This document shows positions 50,022-62,865 of a stretch of 64,000 bases of DNA, piece after piece. Location: the NCBI GenBank assembly GCA_002269645.1, contig NIVC01003605.1, positions 1-64,000 of the forward strand. The letters are read 5' to 3'. Positions within the stretch are counted from its first letter, which is position 1, and each line of letters starts with the position of its first letter. The translations under genes were made by a program, and so were the position numbers. Source of the DNA: Macrostomum lignano. Taxonomy: Eukaryota. The notes under the pieces are model-generated. The model was not told the origin of the DNA and searched no databases. It was given only the letters and a program-made list of their open reading frames with translations.

Positions 50022-51258
50022 TTCTAGCATGACCTTTATCCTCACCCGAGGTTGTAAAATACGTACTCATACTACCAATACTAATTTCAGCATTATACTA
50101 ATTAGCCATTACTTATAGCAGATTTGATAGCTAATTTCAACTGATACCCAGCAATCGTGTCAGGACCTTCTTCCAGCAAAAGAAGTAGCTCGCGAAACTG
50201 GCCCATTCACAGGGGAGAGACGTGGAGAAAGTGAGGTTGGAAATGATAGATGGTAGCGGGCAGCGACTTAGAGGAAGTTGTGCCAAGGAGTGTGAGATAG
50301 CGGCTTATTTGGTACGGAGCGCCTGTGCCGCAGATGGAGGGAAGGGGGGGGGGCTAACACCGACCGAAAGTGGGGAAGATTAGAGGGGATCGAGTGAGGT
50401 TCGCCGGCACAGCCACTGCTGCTGTCCCCCAATCGCCTTCCCCCTTCAGCGAATCCAGCTGGACCCTTTGGTTCCACCTCGTCCCTCTTCGTTCTCCCCT
50501 CCTCATCCCCTCTTCCTGTCGACTTCCTAAGCCCTAGTCCTGAGTTTTTTGCATCTCTGATCTCTCTCAGCCAGCCAACCGCCCAGCGCCAACCGGTCTT
50601 CTGCCGCCCTCCCCGGTTCCCTCCTACCGTATTTTAGCTCCCATAGCTGCCCCCCCCCCCTATCTTGCTGTCCCAGTCGCGGGGAGAAGAGATATAGAAG
50701 TGAGGGTGAAGGCGGACAGAGAGACTGAGCGGCCGTTTCAATATTCAGACTGCTGCGCACAATATCTGGCCTCAGCTGCCACCCCGCACCTCATCGCAGC
50801 TGCGCACGACTTCTGAGGTGCCGGGGCCCGTGTGGAATTTTCGAGTCCACCTCCCCATCTCCCTCTCCCTCCAAGTTCTCCTATTTTTTTCTCCCGATTT
50901 CGGCTATCCAGCTACTTCCCGGATCCTGCGGCCTTTCTGTTTCTTGCCAACTAGCATTCGAATACTGTTTTTTATCAAAAAAGAGGGCCGAGAACGAGAG
51001 GGGCCTTGAGAGCTGAGCACAGGAGCCGAACCCGCTGGTCTCGCTGTCTCGCTCTCCTTTACCTTTGCGCTTTGAAGCAGAAACAAACTTTTATTTCATT
51101 GCTTCACTATTCTTATCTTCGATCCTGGTGTACTTTTTCGGAATTTGGCAGCATAAAAACATTTTTTTCGTAGCCGAATTGGCTTGCCCGCGTGCAGCTC
51201 CATCTACTGCGGCGCAGCGTACGCGACTTTGAAGATCTGATTCGATCAGTACGACGCC

Positions 51259-51290
51259 ATGTCCAAGTCGCCGCGTGAAAAGCACAACAG
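51259..51290 (+). CDS. HHD-PDZ gene coding exon 1 (MSKSPREKHN)
   Basis: gccATG with an in-frame upstream TGA (51238); AG|gtgagt donor in phase 2 fits the acceptor at 53779; the exon probably starts at 51174. Confidence 0.65.
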
Positions 51291-51842
51291 GTGAGTTTAT
51301 AGTTTCGATGCGAAATTGGGAAGAAAATAGTTCGCAAGAACTGGTGGATTTCCGTGGCGGACAAAATTGTGGGCAAAAATGGTAGATCAGTTGAGATACG
51401 GTGGAGCGAAGGTTGCGTTGTCGAAGCCACACGCATGCAACTTGTGCCCGTAAAAGTTGTTTAACTAAAAACAAGTGGTGTCCCTCTTTACGTCCGCAAC
51501 GATATGCCCTAGGGGGGGGGGTTGTTTCGCAAAGCAGAGTTTCATCTTAGCCCTCTACTTAGGTCCGATGTTGGAATTGTAGGTGTTTGACAAAACTATA
51601 AGGTGTCGTTTAATAAGGAGTCGAATTTTAGATGTCTCATAGAATTTATTTTGGCTGGCTTCCAAGTTCGGTGCGACTCAAAGAGAGAGAGAGAGAGAGA
51701 GAGAGAAATCAAATTTAAGAGTGAAGTGCTTCACGTAAGAAGTCTGCGGTGAAACCAAAACCATCTGTGGTAGCAAATAGGTTAAATCGAATGAATATAC
51801 TTGATACATGCCTCAGCTCAAAATAGAGAAGTATCAGATAAG

Positions 51843-52275
51843 CAAAACAACAACAACAATAACAAAACAAAAAAGAGTACACGGTCCCAGTAAGTCAGTA
51901 GAGGAGCGTCAGATGGGGCTCCAAAGAGCCAGCGAGCGGACAAAGTCCGGCCCATTGACAGTGTCAGGCGTCCCAGAGTCGCTCAGGATGCAGTCCACGT
52001 ATCTTTGGGCCCTCACTTGATCGTTGATCCCACCCGAATGATCTTGGCAAAGTGAGCAGCAGGATGCCCTGGAGAGGCTGAAGGCAGTAGCTAACTGTCA
52101 GCCAGGATCATGTGGCCTGCCAGTTGGAGTCTCCGCCTGCACGGGATGGTGGATGGGCGTTGCAGCTGGGCCCTCTCGTATATTGCGTTGGACCGGACGC
52201 TCTCGTCAACTTGAAAGGCTGCCCGAAGCAGCCCCGAGTGAGCCGACGCTAGCGTGGCCGTCAGCGTGGCCGTTA
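51843..52275 (-). mobile_element. 5'-truncated, degenerate non-LTR retrotransposon 3' end (RTE-like)
   Basis: HSGLLRAAF...SNAIYERAQLQRPS...RRRLQLAGH...QPLQGILLLTL...RYVDCILSD resembles the post-RT C-terminus of LINEs; frameshifted; TTG-rich tail at about 51843-51877. Confidence 0.6.
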
Positions 52276-53778
52276 GTGAATGGTTCACTAAGAAGGAGGA
52301 AGCCATTTCTTTTGTCTTGGAAATAATCCAATGATATCCAAGCAAAAAAAGGAAGGCGTTGTGTGGGAATTATAGTGTAGTGTGGCGGAGAACAGTGAAT
52401 GAACGTAGATTTTTTGTCTATAGCTTGCCTTTCAGGTACTAAGGGGAGATACAAAGACTCAGACCCTCCCCAGTCTGCCCAAAAGAGACTGGGCCGCACC
52501 ATTGACTCAAAATAGTACGGACTCAAAAATGGTTAAGCACCAACCAGGAATAGAGGTCAGACAAGAACTGGTTTTAACCAGTGGGGTCAGTTAGGATGCA
52601 GCTTGTGCGAAACTCCTCCCCCTTCCCCAGAGCCTTAGAGGCATCTCAAGAGCAGGACTAAAACTGAACCAATGAGCTCCAAATTAGCAGAGGAATAGAA
52701 TCCCTGCGATTAGATCGGGCTTGGCATTGGTTTTGATGCGGCGATCCTGGACTGAGGAAGCCGCAGGCCGGCCCTGGACTGCTCAATTATTGATGCCCTG
52801 ATCCGACTCGTTTGCCCAACCGCTGTGAATGGATGCGTTCCCTGTGATGATGGGGCATGAGAGAATCTGAGACTGAAGTAATTGGAAGATTGACTCGAAA
52901 GGTCAGCGCATCGGGGGGGGGATGCACAGAGAGTGCGACCTGCTTATGCTTTAGCTATTACCCTCGCGTGGGGGCAATAAATTTAATGCAGATGGGACCG
53001 GCAAGAGCAGCTGGAAAGGCCGTGACAGAGTCGGTCGCGGCCTCTTTTTATTTCTAGTGTTCCTAAACCATCCAACACAGTGCAAGCATAAACAATGTCT
53101 GGAAACACAGACGCAAACTGCAGAATCAAGTACGCGGTGAACTTCAAGAGGCTCCAAACATTCCTGACCTTCAAGGATGTCGCTGGCTTAGGCTACAGCG
53201 GCCATGAGCTGCCTAATTTATTTACTCGCTAGTGGGTAGCGTAACCCCCCCCCTACCGCCGATGAAAACTGGCTCGACTTGGGTAGCGAATTGAGCAGCC
53301 AAAAAGGGGGTTGGGGTTGCGTGATCCGGGCCAGCTGCCTTTATCTCTGGGGGTCCGGCGGTGCCAAAGCCGCTGAATAATTCCCCCAGCCATTATAATT
53401 CCGTATCTTTCTTGCCGCTCCGAAGATAGATTAGTACTGCGGCTCTGGCTGGACTCATTCCGGTGCCCAGATTTTATCCAGCTCTTTTTTCCTCTTTGTT
53501 GGCCTGCCAGAGTCGGCCCGTCACGGGGCTTCCGTTGCCAGCACCGAATTCGCCTGCTATTCCCAGATGGAGAGAAAGAGAATTTGACTCTTTCCCTCTG
53601 CTCAGCGCTTCCCCGCAGCAGACTATTGCTGATTGCAGCTCTTCTACTGCTGCTAATTTTTTTGTTAATTTGCTGCCGACTGAGCTTAAATTTAGCAAGC
53701 GTCGACCAGCCTTGATTGCGAAGTAGCGAAGTATAAAAAAACTGCTGAGCCAAGAATTTAAATTTCAATTTTGCGCAG

Positions 53779-54472
53779 TCCCCAGATTATTGAACAGCAC
53801 GTGCAAGCCAAACTGCAAACTTATTTGTCGTTTAAAAACTCCCCCCCCCCAAGGAGTGCCAGCCTTCGCAAAGCGGCGCACCAGCTGCTCAGCAGGGAGG
53901 AATGCGAGACCTTCAAGGCGGCGCTGCGAGCTTTCCGCGAGACCACAACAGCGGGGCAGCTGATCAGCAGCCTGGAGAAGATCATCGACTCGCCGAAGAA
54001 GCTCAGCCTGCTGCGCGAGATCGCCCTGCTGCTGCCGATGGAGCAGCGCCGGGATTTCATACGCATGTCGCGCCAGCGATTCAAAGGCTCCGAGCTGCTG
54101 CTTCAGGAGGAGAACATCGCCCAGGAGGCGGCCAGCAGGAACCGGTTGAAGAGCAGCAGCTCAGCCTGCCTGCCGGGAATTGCGGAGCCGTCGCAGGGAC
54201 CGCTGATTCGGCAGCAGCTGCAGCTACAACTGCAGCAGAAGCATCAGCAGCAGCCGCAGCAAAGGCTGCAGCGACCTGGCGGAGGCGCCGCCACCTTCAG
54301 CGGCAAGCGGCTCAGCATCAACCAGTTGGGCTTGTCGGACAGCGCCATCGGGAAGCTGGAGCGAGCTGTGGGACTGGCCGAGAAGATCACCCTGGCTGAC
54401 AGCGCACCGATTCGAAGGCTAAAAGACGATTCAGCACCCCGGGTGATCAAGTTGAACTCGGCCACGTTTCAG
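53779..54472 (+). CDS. HHD-PDZ gene exon 2 (harmonin-N-like helical domain)
   Basis: AHQLLSREECETFKAALRAFRE...LISSLEKIIDSPKKLSLLREIALLLPMEQRRDF resembles the HHD of whirlin/PDZD7/delphilin; CAG|gtaagc donor. Confidence 0.85.
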
Positions 54473-54687
54473 GTAAGCTATAAATCATGCCACAGAACAG
54501 CACCTGATGGGATGATGGGATGGCAGATACCAGCTGATGTATTCGGACCTTCTTTGATTCAATGCACTTCTTAACTTAGAATATTTGTTTCTTACACAGT
54601 TTGCTTCTGCTTTGAAAATTTGGCTCTCTGCCAAAAGGAGGCCTCTCAATCACGGTAGCCACTTACCGCTGCTATTGATTTCCGTAG

Positions 54688-55990
54688 GTGCGCTACAAGT
54701 CTCAGATTTCGCCCATCACCGGACTGTCGCAAGGAGACGGCAGCGTGAGCGTCGTTCAAATCGCTGGACCATCGACCTCTTCGACAGGAGCTTTGGACAG
54801 CTCGTCCAATTCAGCAGCGGCTCCAGTCAAGTTCCAGTCGCTCGGCTTCGTTCGTCAGCAGCATCCGCAGATCTCCGTCATCAAGGAGGAGTCGCCAACA
54901 GACGAGGCGAACACTGGCAGCGGAGCCCGCGGCAGTCCAGCCGGTGGAAAGTCTCCGGCCAAGACGGCGTCTTCAGCGTCCGCCTCGGCTTCGGCAGCGG
55001 CATCGACAGCGCAGGATCCGGACGATGAGCTGATGGAGCGCATCAAAAACCAGATGTCAAGACCGAGACCACCGCTGGCTGCACTGCAGGACAAAGGCTT
55101 CTGGGCACTCAACAGTCCGCGAAGAAACCTGCAGGAGCAGCGCAAGCAAGAGCGTCGGTTGCTGCAAGAATCGGCCAGTGAGCTGATGCAGGCGCACGCA
55201 TCGCCTTCAGAGACACCTCAGAAAATCGTTACAGAAGCTATTGTAGCAGAGCAGCCGCCTCCGCAGCCCCAGCCTCCTGCGCAGGAGGAGATCCACATCA
55301 TGCCGTGTCATGATGAGACCAACCATGGCATCTGCGACGTGATCCTGGACCGGCCCGACTCAGAGATCACCACCGGCTTCTCCACAGACACAGACACTGA
55401 GGCTGCGCAGCCGGTATCGGCAGCGGCTCTGGCGGCTGCAGCAGCTCTCGCTCTCTCGTCTTCGGCACCGCCGACTTGCGCTTTCCCAGAATCCTCGGCG
55501 ATAGATGGCGAAGCAACGCCACCGGCGGAGAATCACAGAGATGTTGCCGAGACTAGCGAAGATGTGGAGACAGCGGTTGAGGCTGAGGAGAAACATGAAG
55601 ATGAGAATAATGTTGATGAGGATGTGGTTAAGCCATCTGAAGCCGTGACTCAACAATCAGAAAAAATGGAAAAAGTAGCAAAAGAAGACTCGGAACCAGA
55701 TGTAGTTGGCAGCTTAAGCGAAGATTCAAGCGCCCAAAATGCCCACGCGGTTCAGGATGACAATGATGACAGAAATGTTGACGCTGACGCGGAACCAGAT
55801 GTGGATTTCCATGCAGACGCAGCCAAAAATGCTCCAACGGTCGATTCTGACAGCAGGGAGGCGAGCGATGCTGAGCGCGAGGCCAGACACGGTAGTGCAG
55901 ATCTCATCAGCAGACGGTCGGTGTCCATGGTGGAGGTGGCGTCCGCTGCCACCGCGAGGACGGAGCCTCGATCAGGCGGCGAAGACGCTG
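54688..55990 (+). CDS. HHD-PDZ gene exon 3 (acidic, disordered)
   Basis: ccgtag| acceptor, 1303-nt open frame, G|gtgagt donor in phase 1. Confidence 0.82.
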
Positions 55991-57934
55991 GTGAGTTTCG
56001 CGATAAAAGCTTTCTCAGCCCTGTTACTGCATGACTAGTGCAATTCCACTGTTTGAGTTGAAGAGCCCACTCGAGTGCAAACCCGCATCAAGACAGAAAT
56101 AAGCACCCCAGACAACAATCTGATTATTCCAATTGCGTGGACTTGTCCGTGTCGAGAAGGTCCACGGGCTCCCAAAGGGGCCCCGCAGTGCTGATTGTAT
56201 CGCGCCCTGTAATAAGCCAATCTGCACGAGCGCGCTTAAAAGCTTATACTCGTAGAAGAAGCTTGGAGACAAAGTGGCTGGATTTGGGATGGGAGAGCAG
56301 ATTGGTCCAGACAGAACTCGGCGCCTAGATGAGGGAAAGCCTGATAGCCTGACGTTTGCGTCAGAAAGGATTATTGGAAGAATTCGTGTGCTATGGTGCG
56401 GATTTAGGAAATATTTTATTACTCCATGTGGCTCTTCTGTAGAAGTAAACAGATATCTGTGTTCAACTTATTATCGTTTTTTATTAGCGTACGAGTAATG
56501 GTACACTAAATGTAGAAACGAGCGCTGGAAACCGGACTGTCGGTAAGATAAGACCCCATCATCATGCCAGCGCTGCCGCTTGATTGAGAGTGAAAATGGG
56601 AAGAAAGTTCAGACAGACCACCGTATGGAGGGCCGGAGTAGGAAATATGAAAAACTAAGAATGGAAGATTTTTTGACAGGGACGAATGGTTCGCTGCTGT
56701 GGTTTCCCTCTCCTTTACTGTTCCCTCCAACGGTCCCAGCCAGGAAATACCTGGAGCTACCTGGAAAGGATTTGCAAAGTTGATATTCTACGCACTTTAG
56801 GGGCGGGGTTTGAACGCCTTCATACCCATCAGAATCTTGCGCGAATCTGCAAGGCATAGATGGTCCAAGGGCCGGCACTTCATACCAGCTGAAGCGAAAT
56901 GTGGAAGGTTAAGTTTCGATAGGAGGCCGTGTAAGTTGAACTTCGGTTGCTTGTTTTTGGTATTCATGCGTTCTACGGGTCAAAAGATAACTGCCGAACG
57001 TTGCATTCGCCGGTGTGAAGCAAACTTACATAGCAAAGCTTACTGACCAATGTTTTCAATGTTTTCAATGCTGGGAACGTAAGCAAGGAAAATTTCCCAA
57101 CGTCATCTAACTGTTGTTATATGCTATATAATCAAAACAAAGCAAATATTTAGTGTTACTAAACCCGACTGAGTCAAAGTTAATTGGAGAAGATACAGAG
57201 GAAGAGATACGCTCATAAATGCAATGCAAGTACGCATTTCATCCAACAGGCCAACAGGCCCAATAGTGACTGGAAGCCCGTCCTCAGATCTCCGCTGTCC
57301 AGAAATGATGATTGCTTTTGCGTGTGCTGTCCCCCCTCTCTGTTCAAAGTCCGCGTGTGCCAGTTCCCATCCGTCTGCCAGGGTCCACTGGATTGAACAG
57401 CTGTGCGCTTCATTTGGCCATCTATGCAACCTTTTCATGGCTTTGCCTTGAATACGTCCTGTCCCAGTGCCTCTCTCGGCAAGGCCCGTGGTTAATAGTC
57501 CATTGCCCACTGAGCCGCAGTAATTTTATTTACCCGGAGAAAACTACAGAGATCGATGCGAAGTCTAGCTTTTCAGTTTAAGCTTCACTGCGAACGTTTT
57601 AAAGTGAAGAATATGATAAAATTGCATCATCAATCCATTAGCTTTGCAGTTTCAATAGCTGGGATGTGCTGGGATGTGCTCACAATCATATTGTAGCTGC
57701 CGGAAGCAGCAAAACAAAAATCATGGGACAGTACAATACGAATTATCTTAAAAATCCTGTGAGCAAACTGAATGAATGCGTGATGCAATTTGTTTCCTTT
57801 GTTTTGGAGAGAGCACCTTCCAAGTAGGAACTTTCTCGATTGTTCTCTCTCGCCGAAGCTTGTAGGAGCGACTAACGGGGTTCGGCAAGATTTTTTTACC
57901 TCCAAGGCCAAATGGAGAACCTAGAGAATGACTA

Positions 57935-58260
57935 CGGGCCGGAGGAGGGGAGAGAGGAGAGGGAATAGCGAAGAGAGAAGGGAGATAAGAGAAAGAGAGG
58001 CGAGAGTATAAGGAAGAAGAAGAGTGGAGAGAAGAGGAGAGAGAAGAGAGGAGAGAGGAGATGAGGAGAGAGGAGAGAGGAGAGAAAACGAGAGGAGAGA
58101 GGAGAGAAAACGAGAGGAGAGGAGAGAGGAGAGAGGAGACGATAGAGAATAGGAGAGGGAGAAGAGGAGAGAGGAGAGAGAAGAGGAGAGAGGAGAGGAG
58201 AGAGAAGAGAAGAGAGAAGAGAGGAAGAGAGTAGAGAGGAGATTAGGCAAGAGCACGGAG
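57935..58260. repeat. GA-rich low-complexity tract
   Basis: Read directly. Confidence 0.93.
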
Positions 58261-58399
58261 AAGAGACATAAACATTGAGCGGGCTGGATTGCTATTGTGA
58301 AGTTTCAAACGACCCGAGAAGGGTCGGATGGAGATACTCTGCGGGCCGCATGTGGCCCACGGGTCGGAGTTTGTCGACCCATAGCCTAACTTCACAGGA

Positions 58400-58520
58400 G
58401 AGCTTTGGAATTCGATACTGATTTAGCCAGTCGTGACCAAATAAGTTGGAACGGTCTGGAGCATACACATGTATCACTGCTGGGAAAGAAGCTGAGGGTT
58501 CGCAGAATCTCGCGCCAAAC
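58400..58520 (-). mobile_element. Possible Gypsy/Ty3 protease remnant
   Basis: AVIHVYAPDRSNLFGHDWLNQYRI resembles the retropepsin C-terminal NLLGRDWL motif; short and isolated. Confidence 0.3.
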
Positions 58521-58710
58521 TGACTGACTCCATGTGCCAATGCATTTGTTTTAGACCTATGCAATTCTGCCAATGCACAGGGTTGTTTAGTTTCGTACAA
58601 ACACCTGAAAATACGCTCGTAAGAACTTCTGGGCCGTGTACACAAGTCTTTAGCGACATCTTTATGGTATTGTTCGTGAAAATAGTTTAAAAACTAAAAT
58701 CTATTGTCAG

Positions 58711-58979
58711 ATGCGCACGACAGCCAGGCGCGTCTCCGCCAGGTTCGCGAGAAGAGCAGCTCGCTGCAGCGCGACACGAAGTCAGCCAGACTTGGAAACG
58801 ACGGCTGCTCGTCGCCGCCGCCTCCTCCGACGATGCCGCCGACAACAAGTGCCGCGTCAGCGGCCATGTCAGCAGCCGCCAGGGCCAAGTTCTCCAGCAG
58901 CCCGCCTGTGGCTGACAACCAGCTGTACCGCATGCTCTACGGACCGAGCACCGGCAGCGGAAAGGAGGAGGATGATCAG
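58711..58979 (+). CDS. HHD-PDZ gene exon 4
   Basis: ttgtcag| acceptor and CAG|gtttga donor; phase 1-0. Confidence 0.75.
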
Positions 58980-59235
58980 GTTTGATCACGTATTTGAATC
59001 TTGATAAAAATGAAGGAAAATTAAAAATAAACAATGTCAAAATCAGTTGAAGTGAAGTGAATTAGTGCGATGAATTGTAATCATCAAAAGAAACAAGCCG
59101 TGACGGAAGACGCAGAGATGGATTGTATGGCACATCCAAATCTCGTTAAGCGTGATAGGGTTCAGGGACAATACGGTCTCAACGCATGCATGTAGAAAAC
59201 ATACTAAAATTTTTCTACCTTATCGTCATCTCCAG

Positions 59236-59581
59236 GTTTCTGTGACGTCATCGGTACTAGAAAGCGAGTACCTGAAGTCGCGTCTCATCCAGGGCTGGCC
59301 CGTCGTTAGTGGGCCCGTCGCGGCGACAGCATCAACTGCGTCGGCAACATCGCGAGTGACGGCTGGCTGCCAAACGGAATCGCAGCTGACGCCTGAAGGT
59401 CACGCGGACTTCGGCCTGCAGGTGTCCATGCACTCCGACTACAGCGTAGGCAGCGGCGGTGGCGGCGGGGGTGAATCAGCTGGTGACGTCTTTCGCCGGC
59501 TGAGACCCGTAGACAATCGGGAGATTCAGTGCGACCTGGGCAGGCCTCTGCTGCAAGACTCAACGACATCGCCGGCAGAGA
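59236..59581 (+). CDS. HHD-PDZ gene exon 5
   Basis: ctccag| acceptor and A|gtgagt donor; phase 0-1. Confidence 0.78.
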
Positions 59582-61607
59582 GTGAGTTGCTGGGCTTTGC
59601 TGGCGTTTAATAAGCTACCGGTGGACTTTAAATCAATTGGCAAAAAAGTATCCCCAGAGACCAGCTGGGTTCATATCTAGATATAGACGAACCGCAACTA
59701 ACGGGGAAACAATTGTAGCCCCGCTCAGTTGGCTGACCATGAAGGCATGCATATTCGCATATGGACGCACAAGCTAGGTGCATCTCGTACTATAAAGATC
59801 TCTCCGATTTTCTTGTACTAGGCAGGTCACCCTTTCTTCTTTGTCGGACTTCATAGTCGTGGAAGGGCACAAAAATTGTCCAGCCCACTGAGTTTATACC
59901 CACGGACTTTTTGTACGAGAGTTGGAGGCGTGGTCTCTCACTACTCACCCATGCTTCTGTTCCGGACTCATTGTCAAACGTTGATGAGTGGTTCAGCTTC
60001 TTTCACGCTTTCTCGTAGTCTCGTCGTATTTTATGCATACATTACCGTCTTCAAGGCAGCCTCTGGACAATTCCCATTTTGAGACTTATCTCTCGTGCCT
60101 TACTCATAAGTGTGTTTATTGCAAGCGTAATGTATTTTATTAGTCACGTGCGTCTGTGAATATTTTTGTGTGCCGCTGGAGAGTTGAAATTTATTAATAA
60201 TTTAAATTCCACAGAAAGCTGAAACAACATTAGATCCAGCCGATCACAGAAATGAAGACTAAGAGCGGTTATCTTATTGCAACACTCCTTGACAGTGTCC
60301 TCTTGAAAATAATATTCTAGTTCCCTGGTTACAGCTGATTATTTTCACTATGTTGTCAGAGGGAATTTTGATGTGATTAAAAAACTAAAGCGTGTAAGTC
60401 ATGCTATGACTCATAGATACTTGCTCATAATTGATTATTTGCTGGAACAGATCCAAAAACAGAAGAGAAAGCAAAAGCAGAAGAAAATAAGCGGAGCAAC
60501 AGGATGCAGGGAGGATCTGGATTTGAAAGCGACAAAATTAATCCACCACTCATCAATTCCATCTTGGCCTCGCTCCTCTATCCCTCTCTGCCTTCCTATC
60601 TGCCCAGTCTGACCTGTTGGAGACAGCCCATCAGCATTAGGCGATCAGTGAGGCCAGGGAACAGAGACGGAAATTGAGATCAATTTCATTTCACAGGACC
60701 CTACCTCATCTAACCGGGTCGTCTGCAGTCAGGAGGAAACCAAATCAAATTGGGCACTGGAAAACGGTTTCAACTTGCTTCCAAACTGAGCGTTTGCTCT
60801 GATAAAACCTCGATGGCAGCAGGCAATGGGCTCGCAGTGCCAAAGTGATGCTGTGCGAATCAAGCGTGCATGAGTTTTATAAAAATAAACTCTGTAGAAG
60901 CTTTGAATCGGATGGATGTTCTAAACATAGTGGGATCCTCTGCGTTCAGGCACGAAAGCTGCAGAATTGCACCAATGCGTGTTGGATGTCAAAGACAGAT
61001 TGTTGAACAAATGAGATGGGTTATTTTGCTTTCGTTTAAAAAATTACTAATATGTGCCTTTTCCCGATTAAACCGTTACCTAGGCCAAGAAGCGTCCCAG
61101 AGTGAATTGTGTAAAGATTGGAGTCAACGTAAAATAGAAAGAAGTGACTGTAGACGACTCTAAAACGATGAGATATCACGGTACAAGTCACCAAAAAGTT
61201 ATCAATGTCGCCTAAGAGTTACTTTGAACCGTTTTTATCGTGTGCGACTTTGAAACGACTCTGGGGCGACAGAAGTGACACTGAAGACTGTAGCGTCATT
61301 TAAACCGCATTTGCGCCGCTTAATGAATTAAAGCCACATCTCTTGCAAAAGTTAAGCGCCAAAACAACGATTATTGAAAAACTCACATCTCAGGTGACGC
61401 GCTTGTGACGCAACAATTGCCTCTCCGTTGCATTAGACGCATTGTAGTTGTTACAAAGTCACAAGAGTCGCCCCAAAGTCGCTAGAGTTAATTGAGTTGT
61501 TTGCTATTCTTTTTCCGGTATCGTTTTCAACGGGTTTATCTGAGATTTTCGTGCAGTTTCGTGTTCTCGGTTGAAAATGTTTCATACAACTGGCCTTGGA
61601 CCCGCAG

Positions 61608-62635
61608 GTTTGAACCTCCCCGGAAGCCGCCGACGAACGCCTCCGTCGCCTCTGGCGCTTTCGCTTGGAAAGCCACCTCAGCTGCAGCAACAAAATCAGT
61701 CTCCGTCGCCTGCGACCGAGCCCAAGGAGGCCAAGACGGCTGACGAACCGAAACCAAACGATGCTGAAGATCTTGATGAAGTTCTGCAAGAAGCTGAGCT
61801 ATTGTACGCAATGGACGCTGCGGAGGAGGAAGCATCTAAAACAGAAAGAGGGGAAGACCCGACCCGACCCGGCCAGACTGCGGATTCTCAGGAAATGACA
61901 CCTGCCAAACTCCCAGGACACACGGAGGCCTCGCAGCCGATCTCTATCGACACAGGTCTGCGTCAGCAGCGTATCAGACGCAGCAGCAGCAGCTTCAGCA
62001 ACACCGACGATTCCTCGATGCCGTCTGCTTCCGCACCGACTACAAGTGCCGCCACCGCCGCTGCCGCTGCTTCCGCGGCTTCGGGACCAATGCCATCAAT
62101 GCAAGGCGCAGCCGCAATGTCTTCCACAGCCGCAACTCCGCAGTTTCCTCATCCGGCCGCTCTTGGCGCAGCTGCCGCTATAGGGAGCGCTCCGAACTCA
62201 GAGTTTCCGTTCGGCTATTTCTTTCCACCACCGCCGCCACCGCCACCGCAAATGATGATGAGCTCACAGACTCAGTCGAGACCAATCTCTCCAATGTCGC
62301 GCAGCAGCCAACAGCAGCAGCCGCAGGTGCCTTACAGCTCTTCCTATCCCGGAAACCTGTTCTTCCAGTGGATGACAGGCCAGATGATGATGCAGGCGGC
62401 CGCCGCGCAGATGCCGTACGCGGGCTTTTCGCCAGCCGACTTTTTCAACCAGTTGTACGGCCAGCACCATCCCCAGCAGCAGCAGCCGATGCCGAGCGAG
62501 CCGGATGTCAGACAGATTACTCTTGTCAAAGCTGGAGGAACTTTTGGATTGTCCGTCACGATGGCGAAACGGGAGGGCGACTTGCCCGCTGTGTTGGTCT
62601 CCGCTGTGGCCACGGGATCTCCGGCCTACCAGCAA
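61608..62635 (+). CDS. HHD-PDZ gene exon 6 (Pro/Gln-rich, first half of PDZ)
   Basis: phase 1-0; ends RQITLVKAGGTFGLSV...VLVSAVATGSPAYQQ (PDZ carboxylate-binding loop). Confidence 0.88.
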
Positions 62636-62718
62636 GTGAGTAGCTATATTTAAAGTCTTATGAAAACTGATGCAGGGTTCTTTGTGTAAAACATCGTGTG
62701 TCGTTTCCCAATTGACAG

Positions 62719-62865
62719 GGCATTCAGCCTGGAGACGAGCTGCTGGAGCTCGAAGGCGAGAAGGTGTCCAACATGACTCTGCACCAGCTGGGCATGGCCA
62801 TCCGCAACCAGAGCAAAATACGGCTCTCCATCCGAGCTAAGCACAAGACAGACTCAACCGCCTGA
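62719..62865 (+). CDS. HHD-PDZ gene terminal exon (second half of PDZ)
   Basis: GIQPGDELLELEGEKVSNMTLHQLGMAIRNQSKIRLSIR...*; the exon sum is 3819 nt, or 1273 codons. Confidence 0.92.
   Translation, partial: GIQPGDELLELEGEKVSNMTLHQLGMAIRNQSKIRLSIRAKHKTDSTA

Noticed and set aside
56024-56272. GLLQGAIQSALRGPF as a reverse-transcriptase motif
   Set aside because: The match is too weak, with no downstream YADD-like motif.
60451-60647. Candidate extra exon of the PDZ gene (PKTEEKAKAEENKRSNRMQ...)
   Set aside because: The acceptor phase fits, but the only good donor is phase 0 while the next exon needs phase 1; unsupported without RNA data.
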